Of a stretch of DNA of 64,000 bases, positions 54,652-64,000 are shown in pieces (within the stretch, counting starts at the first letter, position 1; each line of letters begins with the position of its first letter). The notes beneath the pieces are model-generated. The model did not search any database, had not been told where the DNA came from, and saw only the letters and a program-made list of their open reading frames with translations. This DNA is from Thermodesulfobacteriota bacterium (GTDB lineage Bacteria > Desulfobacterota_D > UBA1144 > Nemesobacterales > UBA2774). A program made the translations under genes and the position numbers. Where the stretch lies: NCBI GenBank assembly GCA_963422265.1, contig OY729416.1, positions 1,192,196 through 1,256,195 on the forward strand, in the 5' to 3' direction.

Positions 54652-55332
54652 TTAGACCAACCCTATAAAGCTAAGTTGGCTACCCATGCCTTCCCCTTGC
54701 CTCCTGTAGGAATAAAACTCGCTATTGCACTTAGTGCAGATACTCGTCATCTCTATCTCTCGCACCCCTGCCTCCAACAGTGCAATTCTGTTAGCTCCTG
54801 GCAGATCAAGAATATACTTTGAATCACCAGCTTGAAACAAATATTCTCGACAGTTCCCATATCTACTTGTGAATATAGAAGCAACATCCTCTCCTACTTC
54901 GTAGCAGCAGATATTTATTGAAGGTCCAACGGCAGCTACAACGTCCTCCGCCCCAACATCAAAATTGTCCCTAAGCGCCTCAAGCGTTTTCCCCACTATC
55001 CCCATAGCTGTTCCACGCCACCCCGCATGAATAGCCGCCACTACCGTGGTCTTCCTGTTACACATCAAAATCGGCACGCAGTCAGCAGTCGAGACTACGA
55101 CTCCGACTCGTCTTAAATTACTTATAAGGGCGTCCCCACTAAGCAACCCATCATCCCAAAAATCATCCCCAGCTACTATAATCCGATCACTATGCGCCTG
55201 CTTTAACCGCGCGAACTTGGAAAGATTAAACTCCCATTCTGCTAAAAGCACTTCACCGCTCGTGCCTTTATCGCCAAAGCCGTGCGCAACCTTTGAAAGG
55301 CGTGATAATACTTTTGCCCTGGTAAATCCCAT
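54652..55332 (-). CDS. pgeF: Peptidoglycan editing factor PgeF (YfiH/laccase-domain purine nucleoside phosphorylase)
   Basis: DCVPIL...AIHAGWRG motifs; 226 aa. Confidence 0.85.
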   Translation of the reverse strand: MGFTRAKVLSRLSKVAHGFGDKGTSGEVLLAEWEFNLSKFARLKQAHSDRIIVAGDDFWDDGLLSGDALISNLRRVGVVVSTADCVPILMCNRKTTVVAAIHAGWRGTAMGIVGKTLEALRDNFDVGAEDVVAAVGPSINICCYEVGEDVASIFTSRYGNCREYLFQAGDSKYILDLPGANRIALLEAGVREIEMTSICTKCNSEFYSYRRQGEGMGSQLSFIGLV

Positions 55333-55341
55333 TTCTACGCT

Positions 55342-56298
55342 CTAATTCTCCCTATCTTCAAAAAAGCTAATTATTCTTAATATATCTTCTGGAATTTCAG
55401 CGTTAAATTCTACATATTCACCCGAGCTGGGGTGATTAAAACCTATTTTAGATGCATGAAGGGATTGTCTCCCAATTTTCTTTGACGCCTGCTTTATTAC
55501 TATAGAGTTCTGCTTTCTTCTACCGTAAACCTTGTCCGCCACGATCGGGTGTCCGTTTTCCGCAAAATGCACCCTTATCTGATGCGTCCTTCCGGTCTTG
55601 GGCTTTGCTTGAATAAGAGTAGCATACCCGTATCTTTCCATTACTTTCCATAGGGTTAGGGATTCTTTTCCCGATTTAGTATTAGAAGACATCTTAAGTC
55701 TATTTGTTAGATGCCGTCCGATTTTAGATGAAAATGATCCGTAATCGCCTTTCATATTGCCTTCAACTACGGCGACGTAGCTCTTTTCTACGCGTCTCAA
55801 TTTGAATTGATTTACCATTGAGTTATGAGCAAACTCATTCTTAGCAATAACGATTACCCCTGACGTATCTTTATCTAGCCTGTGCACTATACCCGGCCTA
55901 ATCCTCCCTCCTATTCCGGAAAGTCCTTTGCACTTGTGCAGCAATGCGTTCACCAGGGTGCCGGTTTTTACACCGGCGCCGGGATGAACAACCATTCCCG
56001 CCGGCTTATTAACCACAACAATGTAATCATCTTCAAAAAGTATATTAACGGGGATGTCCTCGGGTAAAACACCAATCGGTTCTGGTGGGAGCATGCTTAC
56101 TTGGACCGTCTCACCACCGTCTAATTTCCTCGAGGGCTTTATGGGCATGCCTTCAACCAACACGTTCTTACTTTCAATCAATCTTTTTATCTGAGAGCGC
56201 GTATGGCTCAAAAGAAAATGGGACAAAGCAACATCGGCTCTTTCCCCCGCCACCTCAATTGGAACGCGAAACGTTTTCACTCTCTCTTCATCCATCAT
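55342..56298 (-). CDS. rluD: RluA-family 23S rRNA pseudouridine synthase (RluD-like)
   Basis: S4 domain plus the HRLDKDTSGV catalytic motif; 318 aa. Confidence 0.88.
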   Translation of the reverse strand: MMDEERVKTFRVPIEVAGERADVALSHFLLSHTRSQIKRLIESKNVLVEGMPIKPSRKLDGGETVQVSMLPPEPIGVLPEDIPVNILFEDDYIVVVNKPAGMVVHPGAGVKTGTLVNALLHKCKGLSGIGGRIRPGIVHRLDKDTSGVIVIAKNEFAHNSMVNQFKLRRVEKSYVAVVEGNMKGDYGSFSSKIGRHLTNRLKMSSNTKSGKESLTLWKVMERYGYATLIQAKPKTGRTHQIRVHFAENGHPIVADKVYGRRKQNSIVIKQASKKIGRQSLHASKIGFNHPSSGEYVEFNAEIPEDILRIISFFEDREN

Positions 56299-56403
56299 TC
56301 ATCTCCGCCCAGCTTTCTAATCATGTAACCGCTGATCTCGCGTAGCAGCTTGACTGAACTAACTATGAAGCCTCAGTCAAACTGAGTTACAGCCTCAACA
56401 AAA

Positions 56404-57174
56404 TCACAGCCTCTTTAGTCTAATTAATGGCTTTTTATCCCTTATGACTTTTGAGGCGCTGTCTTGATTGACTGAAATTTCAAGTAGCCCAGAGCTACCT
56501 ACTATGGCTAGCATAGCCCCATTTGGAGCATCATTATAAGAATCTGAGATCCTACCGATCTCTAATGTATCAACGCAAACTATGAAGGCGGAAGATAGCA
56601 AATCACTATTTATATTAGTAACCAGATTACCGAATGAATCCGTATAGATTACCTCCCCTATTATCTCGTCCCCGAGAAGCTTAGGCTCAGGAATATCTAA
56701 TAAGGTAGGGGATTGAACACTTTGTCCTAGCTCATTTATATTGATCCCCAAGGATAAATGCGCCGCTACCGGTGCAAATATATCTCTCCCGTGAAAGGTT
56801 TTGCTCACATCAGGAAGCATATATCTATGGTTTGTAACTTCGACAACGTAAACATCTTCGCTTTCTTCGTATATAAAGGAGAAAACACCGTTATCCGGAC
56901 CGACAAAAACACAGCCGTCCGCTTTAACGGCAATAGGTTTTCTTGTGCTTCCGACACCTGGATCAACAACCACTACGTGGACAGTTCCATTGGGATAGTA
57001 ACCGTAAAAACTGCTAAGGATAAAAGCCCCTTCAAAAACGTTGTATTTGGTAACCTCATGGGTGACGTCGGCAACTATCGTATCGGGATTTATCCCATAG
57101 ATAACGCCTTTCATAGAACCCACGTAATGGTCTTTAGTCCCAAAATCCGTTGTTAGGGTTATTATACTCTTCAA
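56404..57174 (-). CDS. SAM hydrolase / SAM-dependent halogenase family protein (DUF62)
   Basis: LTTDFGTKDHYVGSMKGVI N-terminus typical of the fluorinase-like DUF62 family; 256 aa. Confidence 0.8.
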   Translation of the reverse strand: MKSIITLTTDFGTKDHYVGSMKGVIYGINPDTIVADVTHEVTKYNVFEGAFILSSFYGYYPNGTVHVVVVDPGVGSTRKPIAVKADGCVFVGPDNGVFSFIYEESEDVYVVEVTNHRYMLPDVSKTFHGRDIFAPVAAHLSLGININELGQSVQSPTLLDIPEPKLLGDEIIGEVIYTDSFGNLVTNINSDLLSSAFIVCVDTLEIGRISDSYNDAPNGAMLAIVGSSGLLEISVNQDSASKVIRDKKPLIRLKRL

Positions 57175-57328
57175 GTAGATTCGCCTTTTATCTCTAGCGG
57201 TAAAGCACTTACGGATTAAAATAGCTTAATTTCCCCAGATTGGTAAATTAAGCTAACATGCCCTAACCCAAGTTGCGCAACGCTTACAACTGCGAGGGGT
57301 AACAACAAAGGTGATGCTGATAAATCCC

Positions 57329-58117
57329 TTATATGTAATTGCCACCGTCTTTATAAGCATCGCTAATTCGCTCATATGCTAAGCGAGCTGCATTCTTTCT
57401 CGTAATCTCAGTACTACCCCTTACAACCTCAAGCTCTTCAAACTCAACTAGAATAGTTTTAACCTCTAGCATCCTGAAAAAATGACTAAAGAAACTCGCT
57501 TCCCCGTAAAAGAAAACAGCATCTCTACTTTCTCTATCTATGTAAGCACCATTTACCTTTTTATATCTCAAACATACGGGCAATATATCGATGCGAGATT
57601 TTACGGCGGGATGAAAGAACGAGGTCTTAAAATTCAATATCCCATCGCCGTTTGAAGTCGTTCCTTCTGGAAAGAGCGTTACGCTTAAACCCATGTTCAA
57701 CGTATCCGATATATCACCCACGTTTTCCAACAACTTGCTTTTGTTTCTTCTCTCAACAAATATGGCACCTGAATACCTCGTAATCGTGCCAAGGACAAAT
57801 TGTTCCGTCAGTTCTGAATTAGCGATAAATACCGAAGGGGCAATGGAGCAAATCACGAAGACATCCGTATATGAAAGATGGTTAGATACAATAAAATACT
57901 GCCCTTCTTGTCTAATTAGCTTATCAAGGTTTTTTGCCTTGACCTCTACCCCCAAAATAATAAGGACTAACCTGGAAAAGAAGGACGTAATTCTTGAGAA
58001 ATATCTAAGTTTTTCTCTACGACCCACTGCAACGTCAACGAGGAAAGAAACAGCCAAAAAAATGATTACAAGAAAAAACAAGATAATAGCCTTTATGGAT
58101 TTTCTTGTTAGGATCAT
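57329..58117 (-). CDS. 1-acyl-sn-glycerol-3-phosphate acyltransferase-like (PlsC/LPLAT) protein
   Basis: NHLSYTD (HX4D) and FPEGTTS motifs; N-terminal TM helix; 262 aa. Confidence 0.8.
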   Translation of the reverse strand: MILTRKSIKAIILFFLVIIFLAVSFLVDVAVGRREKLRYFSRITSFFSRLVLIILGVEVKAKNLDKLIRQEGQYFIVSNHLSYTDVFVICSIAPSVFIANSELTEQFVLGTITRYSGAIFVERRNKSKLLENVGDISDTLNMGLSVTLFPEGTTSNGDGILNFKTSFFHPAVKSRIDILPVCLRYKKVNGAYIDRESRDAVFFYGEASFFSHFFRMLEVKTILVEFEELEVVRGSTEITRKNAARLAYERISDAYKDGGNYI

Positions 58118-58195
58118 TATTTGCTCTGTTTACTGACAACGCAGATGGATTTACCTCTGGACATAATCTACTTTATTTAAGTAAAAGCGTCTAAA

Positions 58196-59311
58196 ATGAA
58201 CCAGATTTCCAAAATAATAAAATCAAGGATACAAAATTCAGGTCCAATTACATTCGCGGATTTTATGGAACTTGCGCTTTATCATCCCGAGCACGGCTAT
58301 TACGCATCTGGAAAGGTCCGCTTTGGCAAAGATGGAGACTTTTACACAAGTCCATACGTTCACAATGCTTTCGGTCAGATCATAGCAGGATTTATTGTGA
58401 AAAGCAGGGAAGCAATAGGAGGAACAAGTATTTCCATACTGGAACTTGGGGCTGGGAAAGGATACTTAGCGCTAGATGCACTGGATACCCTCAGAAACAA
58501 CTACCCTGAATGCTATGAAAAAGTCTTCTACGCCGTGGTTGAAGGTAGCTCGGAGCTTATAAAGGCATCTAAGAACGTGTTAAAAGAGCATCAGCATAAA
58601 ATACAATGGTACTCTTCCATTGATAAATTAGAAGGATGCTCTATCACGGGTGTCATCGTGTCAAACGAATTATTCGACTCGCTCCCTTTTCATAGAATGA
58701 TATTTCAAGGAGGATCCCCGATTGAAATATATGTATCTACAAAAGACAACGAATTTGTTGAAATAATGGATATTGCCAGCAGTGAAGAGCTTATTGAGTA
58801 TTTAGGCGGAATAGATTTAGTAGAAAGTCAGGAAATTGAAATAAACCTAGAGGCTAAAAAATGGTATGAGAAATTAGGCAAGATTCTAGCAAAGGGATTT
58901 GTCCTTACTATAGATTACGGTTATCTAGCAGGGGAATTATTCAGCCCAAAGAGAATGAAAGGTACGTATAAAAGTCTTTACAGGAATTCAATAAACGAAG
59001 ACGTCTATTCCAATATAGGAGAGCGGGATATTACGGCTCACGTCGATTTTAGCAATCTCATCAAGCTAGGGCAGTCTCATGGCTTGAATAAGTTTATCTA
59101 TACGACGCAGGGACAGTTTCTAATTGACTGGGGAATACTTACCGCTATTGAAAGAGAGAAAGACTATAGAAAAAGAATGGCAATAAAGAACCTATTTTTA
59201 CCAGAATCAATGGGAGATAGCTTTAAGGTTCTCTTGCAAGAGAAGGGGATAAACAACTTTGAAGATTTTTATCAGGCGTCCCCATTCAAGATCAGTTTTA
59301 ATATATCGTAG
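58196..59311 (+). CDS. Class I SAM-dependent methyltransferase, MidA/NDUFAF7-like (DUF185)
   Basis: ILELGAGKGYLALD motif I and the DUF185 architecture; 371 aa. Confidence 0.75.
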   Translation: MNQISKIIKSRIQNSGPITFADFMELALYHPEHGYYASGKVRFGKDGDFYTSPYVHNAFGQIIAGFIVKSREAIGGTSISILELGAGKGYLALDALDTLRNNYPECYEKVFYAVVEGSSELIKASKNVLKEHQHKIQWYSSIDKLEGCSITGVIVSNELFDSLPFHRMIFQGGSPIEIYVSTKDNEFVEIMDIASSEELIEYLGGIDLVESQEIEINLEAKKWYEKLGKILAKGFVLTIDYGYLAGELFSPKRMKGTYKSLYRNSINEDVYSNIGERDITAHVDFSNLIKLGQSHGLNKFIYTTQGQFLIDWGILTAIEREKDYRKRMAIKNLFLPESMGDSFKVLLQEKGINNFEDFYQASPFKISFNIS

Positions 59312-59389
59312 CATCTTGCTCCCATGCAGTAGTTTAGTTATGATACAAACACTCAAAGGTAGAAATACAAAATTTAAGGAGTATAGCTT

Positions 59390-60556
59390 ATGAGTGTGAA
59401 ATGGGCTAAGAGAATCTCGGAGCTTCCACCCTACCTATTCGCTGAAATAGACGCAAAGAAGAATGAAATGAAAGGCAAAGGAGTGGATGTAATAGATCTA
59501 GGCGTTGGAGATCCTGATATTCCTACGCCGTCTCATATAATAGAGGCTTTGAAAAAAGCGTCTGAAGATCAGGCAAATCACAGGTATCCATCTTATGAAG
59601 GTATGCTTTCTTTTCGCCAAGCGGTTGCCGATTGGTATAAAGAAAGGTTTGATGTTGAACTGGATCCCGAGACGGAAGTCGTTGCCTTAATAGGCTCTAA
59701 GGAGGGTATAGCCCATACACCTCTTGCTTTTCTTGATCCTGGAGACGTAGGGCTGTTCCCGGATCCGGGTTACCCCGTGTACCCTACCTCAATCAGTTTT
59801 GCAGGGGCAACCCCCTATGCAATGCCTCTTCTCGAACAGAATGAATTTCTACCTGACCTTGCCTCCATATCCGAAGACATCAAAACTAAAGCGCGGATAA
59901 TGTTCTTGAATTATCCGAATAACCCAACGACTGCCGTAGCGGGAGAGTCTTTTTTTAAGGAAGCCGTAAACTTTGCCGCGGATAATAATATACTCATCTG
60001 TCACGACGCCGCCTACACTGAGATCGCTTATGATGGATATAATCCCCTTAGTTTGCTACAAATTGATGGAGCCAAAGAGGTGGCAATAGAGTTTCACTCT
60101 CTTTCCAAGACTTTTAACATGACAGGGTGGAGAATAGGCTTTGCCGTAGGGAATAAAAGGGCTCTGGGTGGTTTAGGAAAAATAAAAACAAATATAGATT
60201 CTGGAGCCTTTCAGGCGGTCCAGCATGCCGGAATAGAGGCGCTAAAGAATTATAAAGTCGGGCTTGACGCAAGAAAAAAGATTTTTGAGCAAAGACGTGA
60301 CATATTCTGCAAGGGGCTGGACGAAGCCGGGTTTAGATACAATAAACCCCTAGCTACCTTCTATGTTTGGTTCAAAACCCCCGAAGGTGTTTCTTCAAAA
60401 GAGTTCTCTTCTCAACTCTTGACTGAAGCTGGTATTGTAGTAACCCCCGGTAACGGTTTTGGAAATTATGGAGAGGGCTATGCTCGCGTTTCCACCACTT
60501 TTAGCACGGAAAGAATCGTTCAAGCCGTAGATAGACTAAAAGAAGCGAAGTTCTAA
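59390..60556 (+). CDS. Class I PLP-dependent aminotransferase (LL-diaminopimelate/aspartate aminotransferase-like)
   Basis: LPPYLFAEID N-terminus and the SLSKTFNMTGWRIG PLP-lysine motif; 388 aa. Confidence 0.75.
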   Translation: MSVKWAKRISELPPYLFAEIDAKKNEMKGKGVDVIDLGVGDPDIPTPSHIIEALKKASEDQANHRYPSYEGMLSFRQAVADWYKERFDVELDPETEVVALIGSKEGIAHTPLAFLDPGDVGLFPDPGYPVYPTSISFAGATPYAMPLLEQNEFLPDLASISEDIKTKARIMFLNYPNNPTTAVAGESFFKEAVNFAADNNILICHDAAYTEIAYDGYNPLSLLQIDGAKEVAIEFHSLSKTFNMTGWRIGFAVGNKRALGGLGKIKTNIDSGAFQAVQHAGIEALKNYKVGLDARKKIFEQRRDIFCKGLDEAGFRYNKPLATFYVWFKTPEGVSSKEFSSQLLTEAGIVVTPGNGFGNYGEGYARVSTTFSTERIVQAVDRLKEAKF

Positions 60557-60557
60557 A

Positions 60558-62013
60558 GTGGAATATTTAATTTCCGGCTCTAAAATCGTATTGGCAACAA
60601 TATATTTTCTGTCCCTTACGCTTCTTTGCATATATGGTATTGAACGCTACTACCTTTGCTACATATACAGAAGAGATAAGTATAAGAAACCCGTTCCTAA
60701 AAATAAGCTCGCAAACCTCCCGGTCGTAACAGTTCAGCTCCCTATCTACAATGAAATGCACGTGGTAAAAAGGCTTATAGAATCAGCCTGCGATATGAAT
60801 TATCCAAAGGATCTACTGGAAATTCAGGTTTTGGATGATTCTACGGATAAAACGGTGGAGATAGCAGCAGGATGCGTGAACGAATATAAAAAGAGAGACG
60901 TTGATATAAAGCATATGCATAGGGAAAATAGAGAAGGGTTTAAGGCGGGAGCCCTAAAAGATGGACTTAAAAGCGCCAGGGGGGAGTTAATCGCTATATT
61001 TGACGCTGATTTTATACCACCTGAAGATTTTTTAAGGAAAACAGTGGATTTCTTTTACGACCCCAAAGTTGGAGGGGTTCAAGCAAGATGGGGGCATATA
61101 AATAAGGATTACTCAACGTTGACTAAGGCTCAGTCCATTCTCTTGGACGGGCACTTTATTATTGAACAGACGGTCAGGTTTAACAATGGAATGTTTTTTA
61201 ACTTCAATGGAACCGCCGGCGTTCTCAGAAAGAAATGCGTGGAATCCGCTGGGGGCTGGCAGCACGATACGCTTACGGAGGACTTGACCTCAGCTACAGA
61301 GCCCAACTGGCTGGCTGGAAACTAATATACCTCAGAGACGTGATTGTTGATGCTGAGCTTCCGGTGGATATGAAGCCTTCAAATCTCAACAACACCGCTG
61401 GGTAAAGGGGGGAGTGCAAACCGCGCTGAAAATCCTGCCTCGCATATTAGTTAGAAACGATCTTCCTATCAAAATAAAATCTGAAGCGGTCTTCCACCTT
61501 CTTGGGCTCGGTTTCCTATGACCTACTTTTGGCATTCAATAGGCATGGGCAAGACTATACTCCTAAATCTTTTAGCCGTATCCATTGGTACCATGAGTTT
61601 CATTATCTTCTTAAAGTTACGGTGAGAGAAATACGAAAACTGGCAGGAAAGAAAATACGTTCCCTTGCAATTTCAGTTGGGATTGGCGGAAGCCAAAGCC
61701 GCTCTCGGGGCGCTCTTGGGTAAAGATCGGAGTTTAAACGCACGCCGAAATTCGCTCATCAAGCGGCTCAGGAGATTCGCCAACTGACTGGTGCTCAAGA
61801 AGCTACGTGCCAACTACGGCTTTGGCGGAAGTCTCTTTAGGCATGATATTTTTCGCTCAGACAATTTATGTTATATACGCAGGCTACGTCTTAGGCGAGT
61901 TCAGCCGATTCATCGGCTGGATTCCATTTCTTCTTCTTATTCAGTCCGGCTTTTTATACGTCGGTTTTCTTGCAATACGTCATAGCTCTAAGAAAGCACT
62001 CTCAGAACACTAG
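60558..62013 (+). pseudogene. GT2-family (cellulose-synthase-like) glycosyltransferase broken by at least three frameshifts
   Basis: DDS/DAD motifs in frame 1 (to 61325). TED-LSYRAQLAGWKLIY in frame 2. FKSQQHRWVKGGVQTALK (the QxxRW motif) in frame 3. C-terminal TM helices in another frame (61807-62013). Confidence 0.65.
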
Positions 62014-62033
62014 GAAACGGGATTGAGGAAAAA

Positions 62034-62792
62034 ATGAAAGTATGCGCGCTCGCCAGTGGTAGCTCTGGAAATTCTCTATACGTAGAAACGGAACACGCTA
62101 AGATACTAGTTGACGCCGGTATTAGCCTAAGGCAAATAAATAGAAGGTTAAATAAGCTAAATGTTGACGTATCAGAAATAGATGCCGTCATTATTACGCA
62201 TGAGCACTCAGATCACACCGCCGCCGTTTCCAAGGTTCCTATCCCTGTATATGTGGCTTCAGCCACTTCACACCTTTGGTGCGAAAAAGTAAACGAGTTA
62301 AAAGAATTTGAAAGTGACTCTTCGTTTGCCATAAAAGACCTAACAATTACTCCTTTCTCCGTTCCACACGACTCCCTTGACCCAGTGGGTTTCACTATAG
62401 AAACGGAAAATTATAAAAAAACCGGTATAGTAACCGATATAGGCTCCGTAACCGAACTGGTTAAGGAAAGACTTAAAGGATCCAACATTCTTATTATTGA
62501 ATTTAATCACGATGATGAGATGCTTCGTTCTAGTCATTATCCTTGGGATATAAAACAGAGGATCAAAGGACGACTAGGACATCTCTCTAATGATCAGGCA
62601 TCCGAGCTTCTTGAAAGTCTTTTACACAACCGGCTTAGTCACGTAATACTAGCTCACTTAAGTGAGGTGAACAACAGTCTTGAAGCAGCTTTCCAATCCG
62701 CAAGTAAAGCAGTTAAAAAATGGGAGACAGGTTTGGACGTAAATATTGTCGTCGCTCCTAAGAAAAAAATAAGCGAGGTAGTGAAGATTTGA
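62034..62792 (+). CDS. MBL-fold metallo-hydrolase (YycJ/WalJ-like)
   Basis: HEHSDH metal-binding motif; 252 aa. Confidence 0.8.
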   Translation: MKVCALASGSSGNSLYVETEHAKILVDAGISLRQINRRLNKLNVDVSEIDAVIITHEHSDHTAAVSKVPIPVYVASATSHLWCEKVNELKEFESDSSFAIKDLTITPFSVPHDSLDPVGFTIETENYKKTGIVTDIGSVTELVKERLKGSNILIIEFNHDDEMLRSSHYPWDIKQRIKGRLGHLSNDQASELLESLLHNRLSHVILAHLSEVNNSLEAAFQSASKAVKKWETGLDVNIVVAPKKKISEVVKI

Positions 62793-64000
62793 TTTCAAGA
62801 TATTCAAGACCCGAAATGGCGTCAATTTGGACTGACGAGGCGAAATATAGAAACTGGCTCCGAGTAGAGATTGCGGTTTGTGAATCATGGGCTAAGTACG
62901 GGCGTATCCCCAGAGACGCCGTTTCTACTATTAAAAAGCGCGCGGGATTTGACGTGGACAGAATTAATGATCTAGAAAAAGAACTAAAGCACGACGTGAT
63001 AGCTTTTCTTACCTCAGTCTCAGAACACGTTGGAGAAGAATCGAGATTTATTCATCTCGGACTAACGTCCTCTGACATATTAGATACCGCGCTTGCGCTC
63101 CATCTTAAGGATTCCTCCTACTTAATAATAAATGACGTCCAAGAGGTTCTTAGCGTATTGGAGAGGCTTGCGTTTGAACATAAGAAGACTCCTATGATAG
63201 GAAGAACCCACGGGGTTCACGCTGAGCCTAAAACGCTAGGTCTTGTTTTTGCGCTCTGGCACGACGAAATGAACAGAAATCTTAAGCGAGTGAAAAATGC
63301 GAAGGAAGTTATTAGCACAGGCAAGCTCTCGGGTGCAGTGGGAACATTTGCTAATATCCACCCTGAAATTGAAGAGGAAGCGTGCAAACTGCTTGGGCTT
63401 AGACCCGCTGCTATTTCTACTCAGATTATTCAAAGAGATATACACGCCGAGTTTTTTCTTACGCTGTCTATAGTAGCGTCAACGATAGAAAAGATAGCGG
63501 TTGAGATAAGACACTTTCAGAGAACCGAGGTTCTTGAGCTTGAAGAGCCATTTAGAGAAGGACAAAAAGGCTCGTCAGCTATGCCGCACAAGAGAAACCC
63601 AATACTCTCAGAAAACTTATGCGGTCTTTCAAGACTCGTGCGTTCCTACGCCGTATCGGCGCTTGAAAACGTTCCGCTATGGCATGAACGCGACATTAGC
63701 CACTCTTCGGTAGAAAGGATAATATGCCCTGACAGCGTTATTCTTATCGATTTTATGCTGAATAGGCTGAAGTCACTGCTAGAAGGCTTACAGATTTACC
63801 CTGGAAACATGGAAAAAAACATAGGGCTTACCCGGGGACTCATATTTTCACAAAAGGTCTTACTCAAACTTATAGACAAGGGTATATCAAGGGAAGACGC
63901 ATATAGGCTAGTTCAGGACAATGCAATGAAAACATGGAAGGGTAAAGATGATTTTAAGACCCTTTTACTAAGGGACGATCGTATAAATGAGCTCTTGTCA
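62789..64000 (+). CDS. purB: Adenylosuccinate lyase (5' part; TTG start overlapping the upstream stop; continues beyond the window)
   Basis: ISRYSRPEMASIWTDEAKY N-terminus and the fumarate-lyase signature GSSAMPHKRNP. Confidence 0.9.
   Translation, partial: MISRYSRPEMASIWTDEAKYRNWLRVEIAVCESWAKYGRIPRDAVSTIKKRAGFDVDRINDLEKELKHDVIAFLTSVSEHVGEESRFIHLGLTSSDILDTALALHLKDSSYLIINDVQEVLSVLERLAFEHKKTPMIGRTHGVHAEPKTLGLVFALWHDEMNRNLKRVKNAKEVISTGKLSGAVGTFANIHPEIEEEACKLLGLRPAAISTQIIQRDIHAEFFLTLSIVASTIEKIAVEIRHFQRTEVLELEEPFREGQKGSSAMPHKRNPILSENLCGLSRLVRSYAVSALENVPLWHERDISHSSVERIICPDSVILIDFMLNRLKSLLEGLQIYPGNMEKNIGLTRGLIFSQKVLLKLIDKGISREDAYRLVQDNAMKTWKGKDDFKTLLLRDDRINELLS

Overview
The window is a bacterial chromosomal segment (Rho, RuvABC, FtsK-LolA, NuoABCD; probably a Gram-negative-type lineage). 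It is dense with core housekeeping genes, which alternate with three small AT-rich accessory patches full of decayed genes. The core content in order: yebC-ruvC-ruvA-ruvB; rho; a nadB-nadC-nadA operon; glnD; an O-methyltransferase and a PduO-type corrinoid adenosyltransferase; ruvX; an EamA-type transporter; amtB; a YhdH-type oxidoreductase; thiC; tsaD; an atypical ABC exporter; ispH; a TauE/SafE exporter; a nitrilase-superfamily hydrolase; ftsK-lolA; nuoABCD (these four only); rsuA/rluB; tmk-holB-metG; a CDGSH protein; a redoxin; a CofE-like gene; a GDPD gene; ilvD; a PAP2 phosphatase; queA; argG; pgeF; rluD; a DUF62 SAM hydrolase; a PlsC-like acyltransferase; a MidA-like methyltransferase; a class-I aminotransferase; an MBL hydrolase; and the start of purB. 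Accessory patch 1 (about 12.7-15.0 kb) holds a hypothetical ORF with an in-frame TGA, a frameshifted HEAT-repeat gene, and an SPPF-type (probably N4-cytosine) DNA methyltransferase pseudogene whose frameshifts all sit in A9/G9/A7 homopolymer tracts. Patch 2 (about 38.8-42.3 kb, between metG and the CDGSH gene) is a compact defence islet. It carries a toxin-antitoxin pair (an HTH-XRE/DUF4065 'Panacea' antitoxin with a RelE/ParE-like toxin), a C-terminal remnant of a large RM enzyme, a possible DUF4145 remnant, and an apparently intact type II R-M pair (a PD-(D/E)xK nuclease with a DPPY-type methyltransferase). Patch 3 (about 48.1-51.7 kb) contains a decayed GT4 glycosyltransferase, a multiply frameshifted hypothetical gene, an intact glycosyltransferase and a frameshifted OlsB-like N-acyltransferase; a GT2 glycosyltransferase at 60.6-62.0 kb is also broken by at least three frameshifts. 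A roughly 130 bp degenerate copy of the 5' part of the EamA transporter gene lies in the GDPD-ilvD intergenic region. I found no rRNA, tRNA or CRISPR array, and no convincing TPP riboswitch upstream of thiC. All calls rest on reading the supplied translations and the nucleotide sequence by eye; no database searches were possible.
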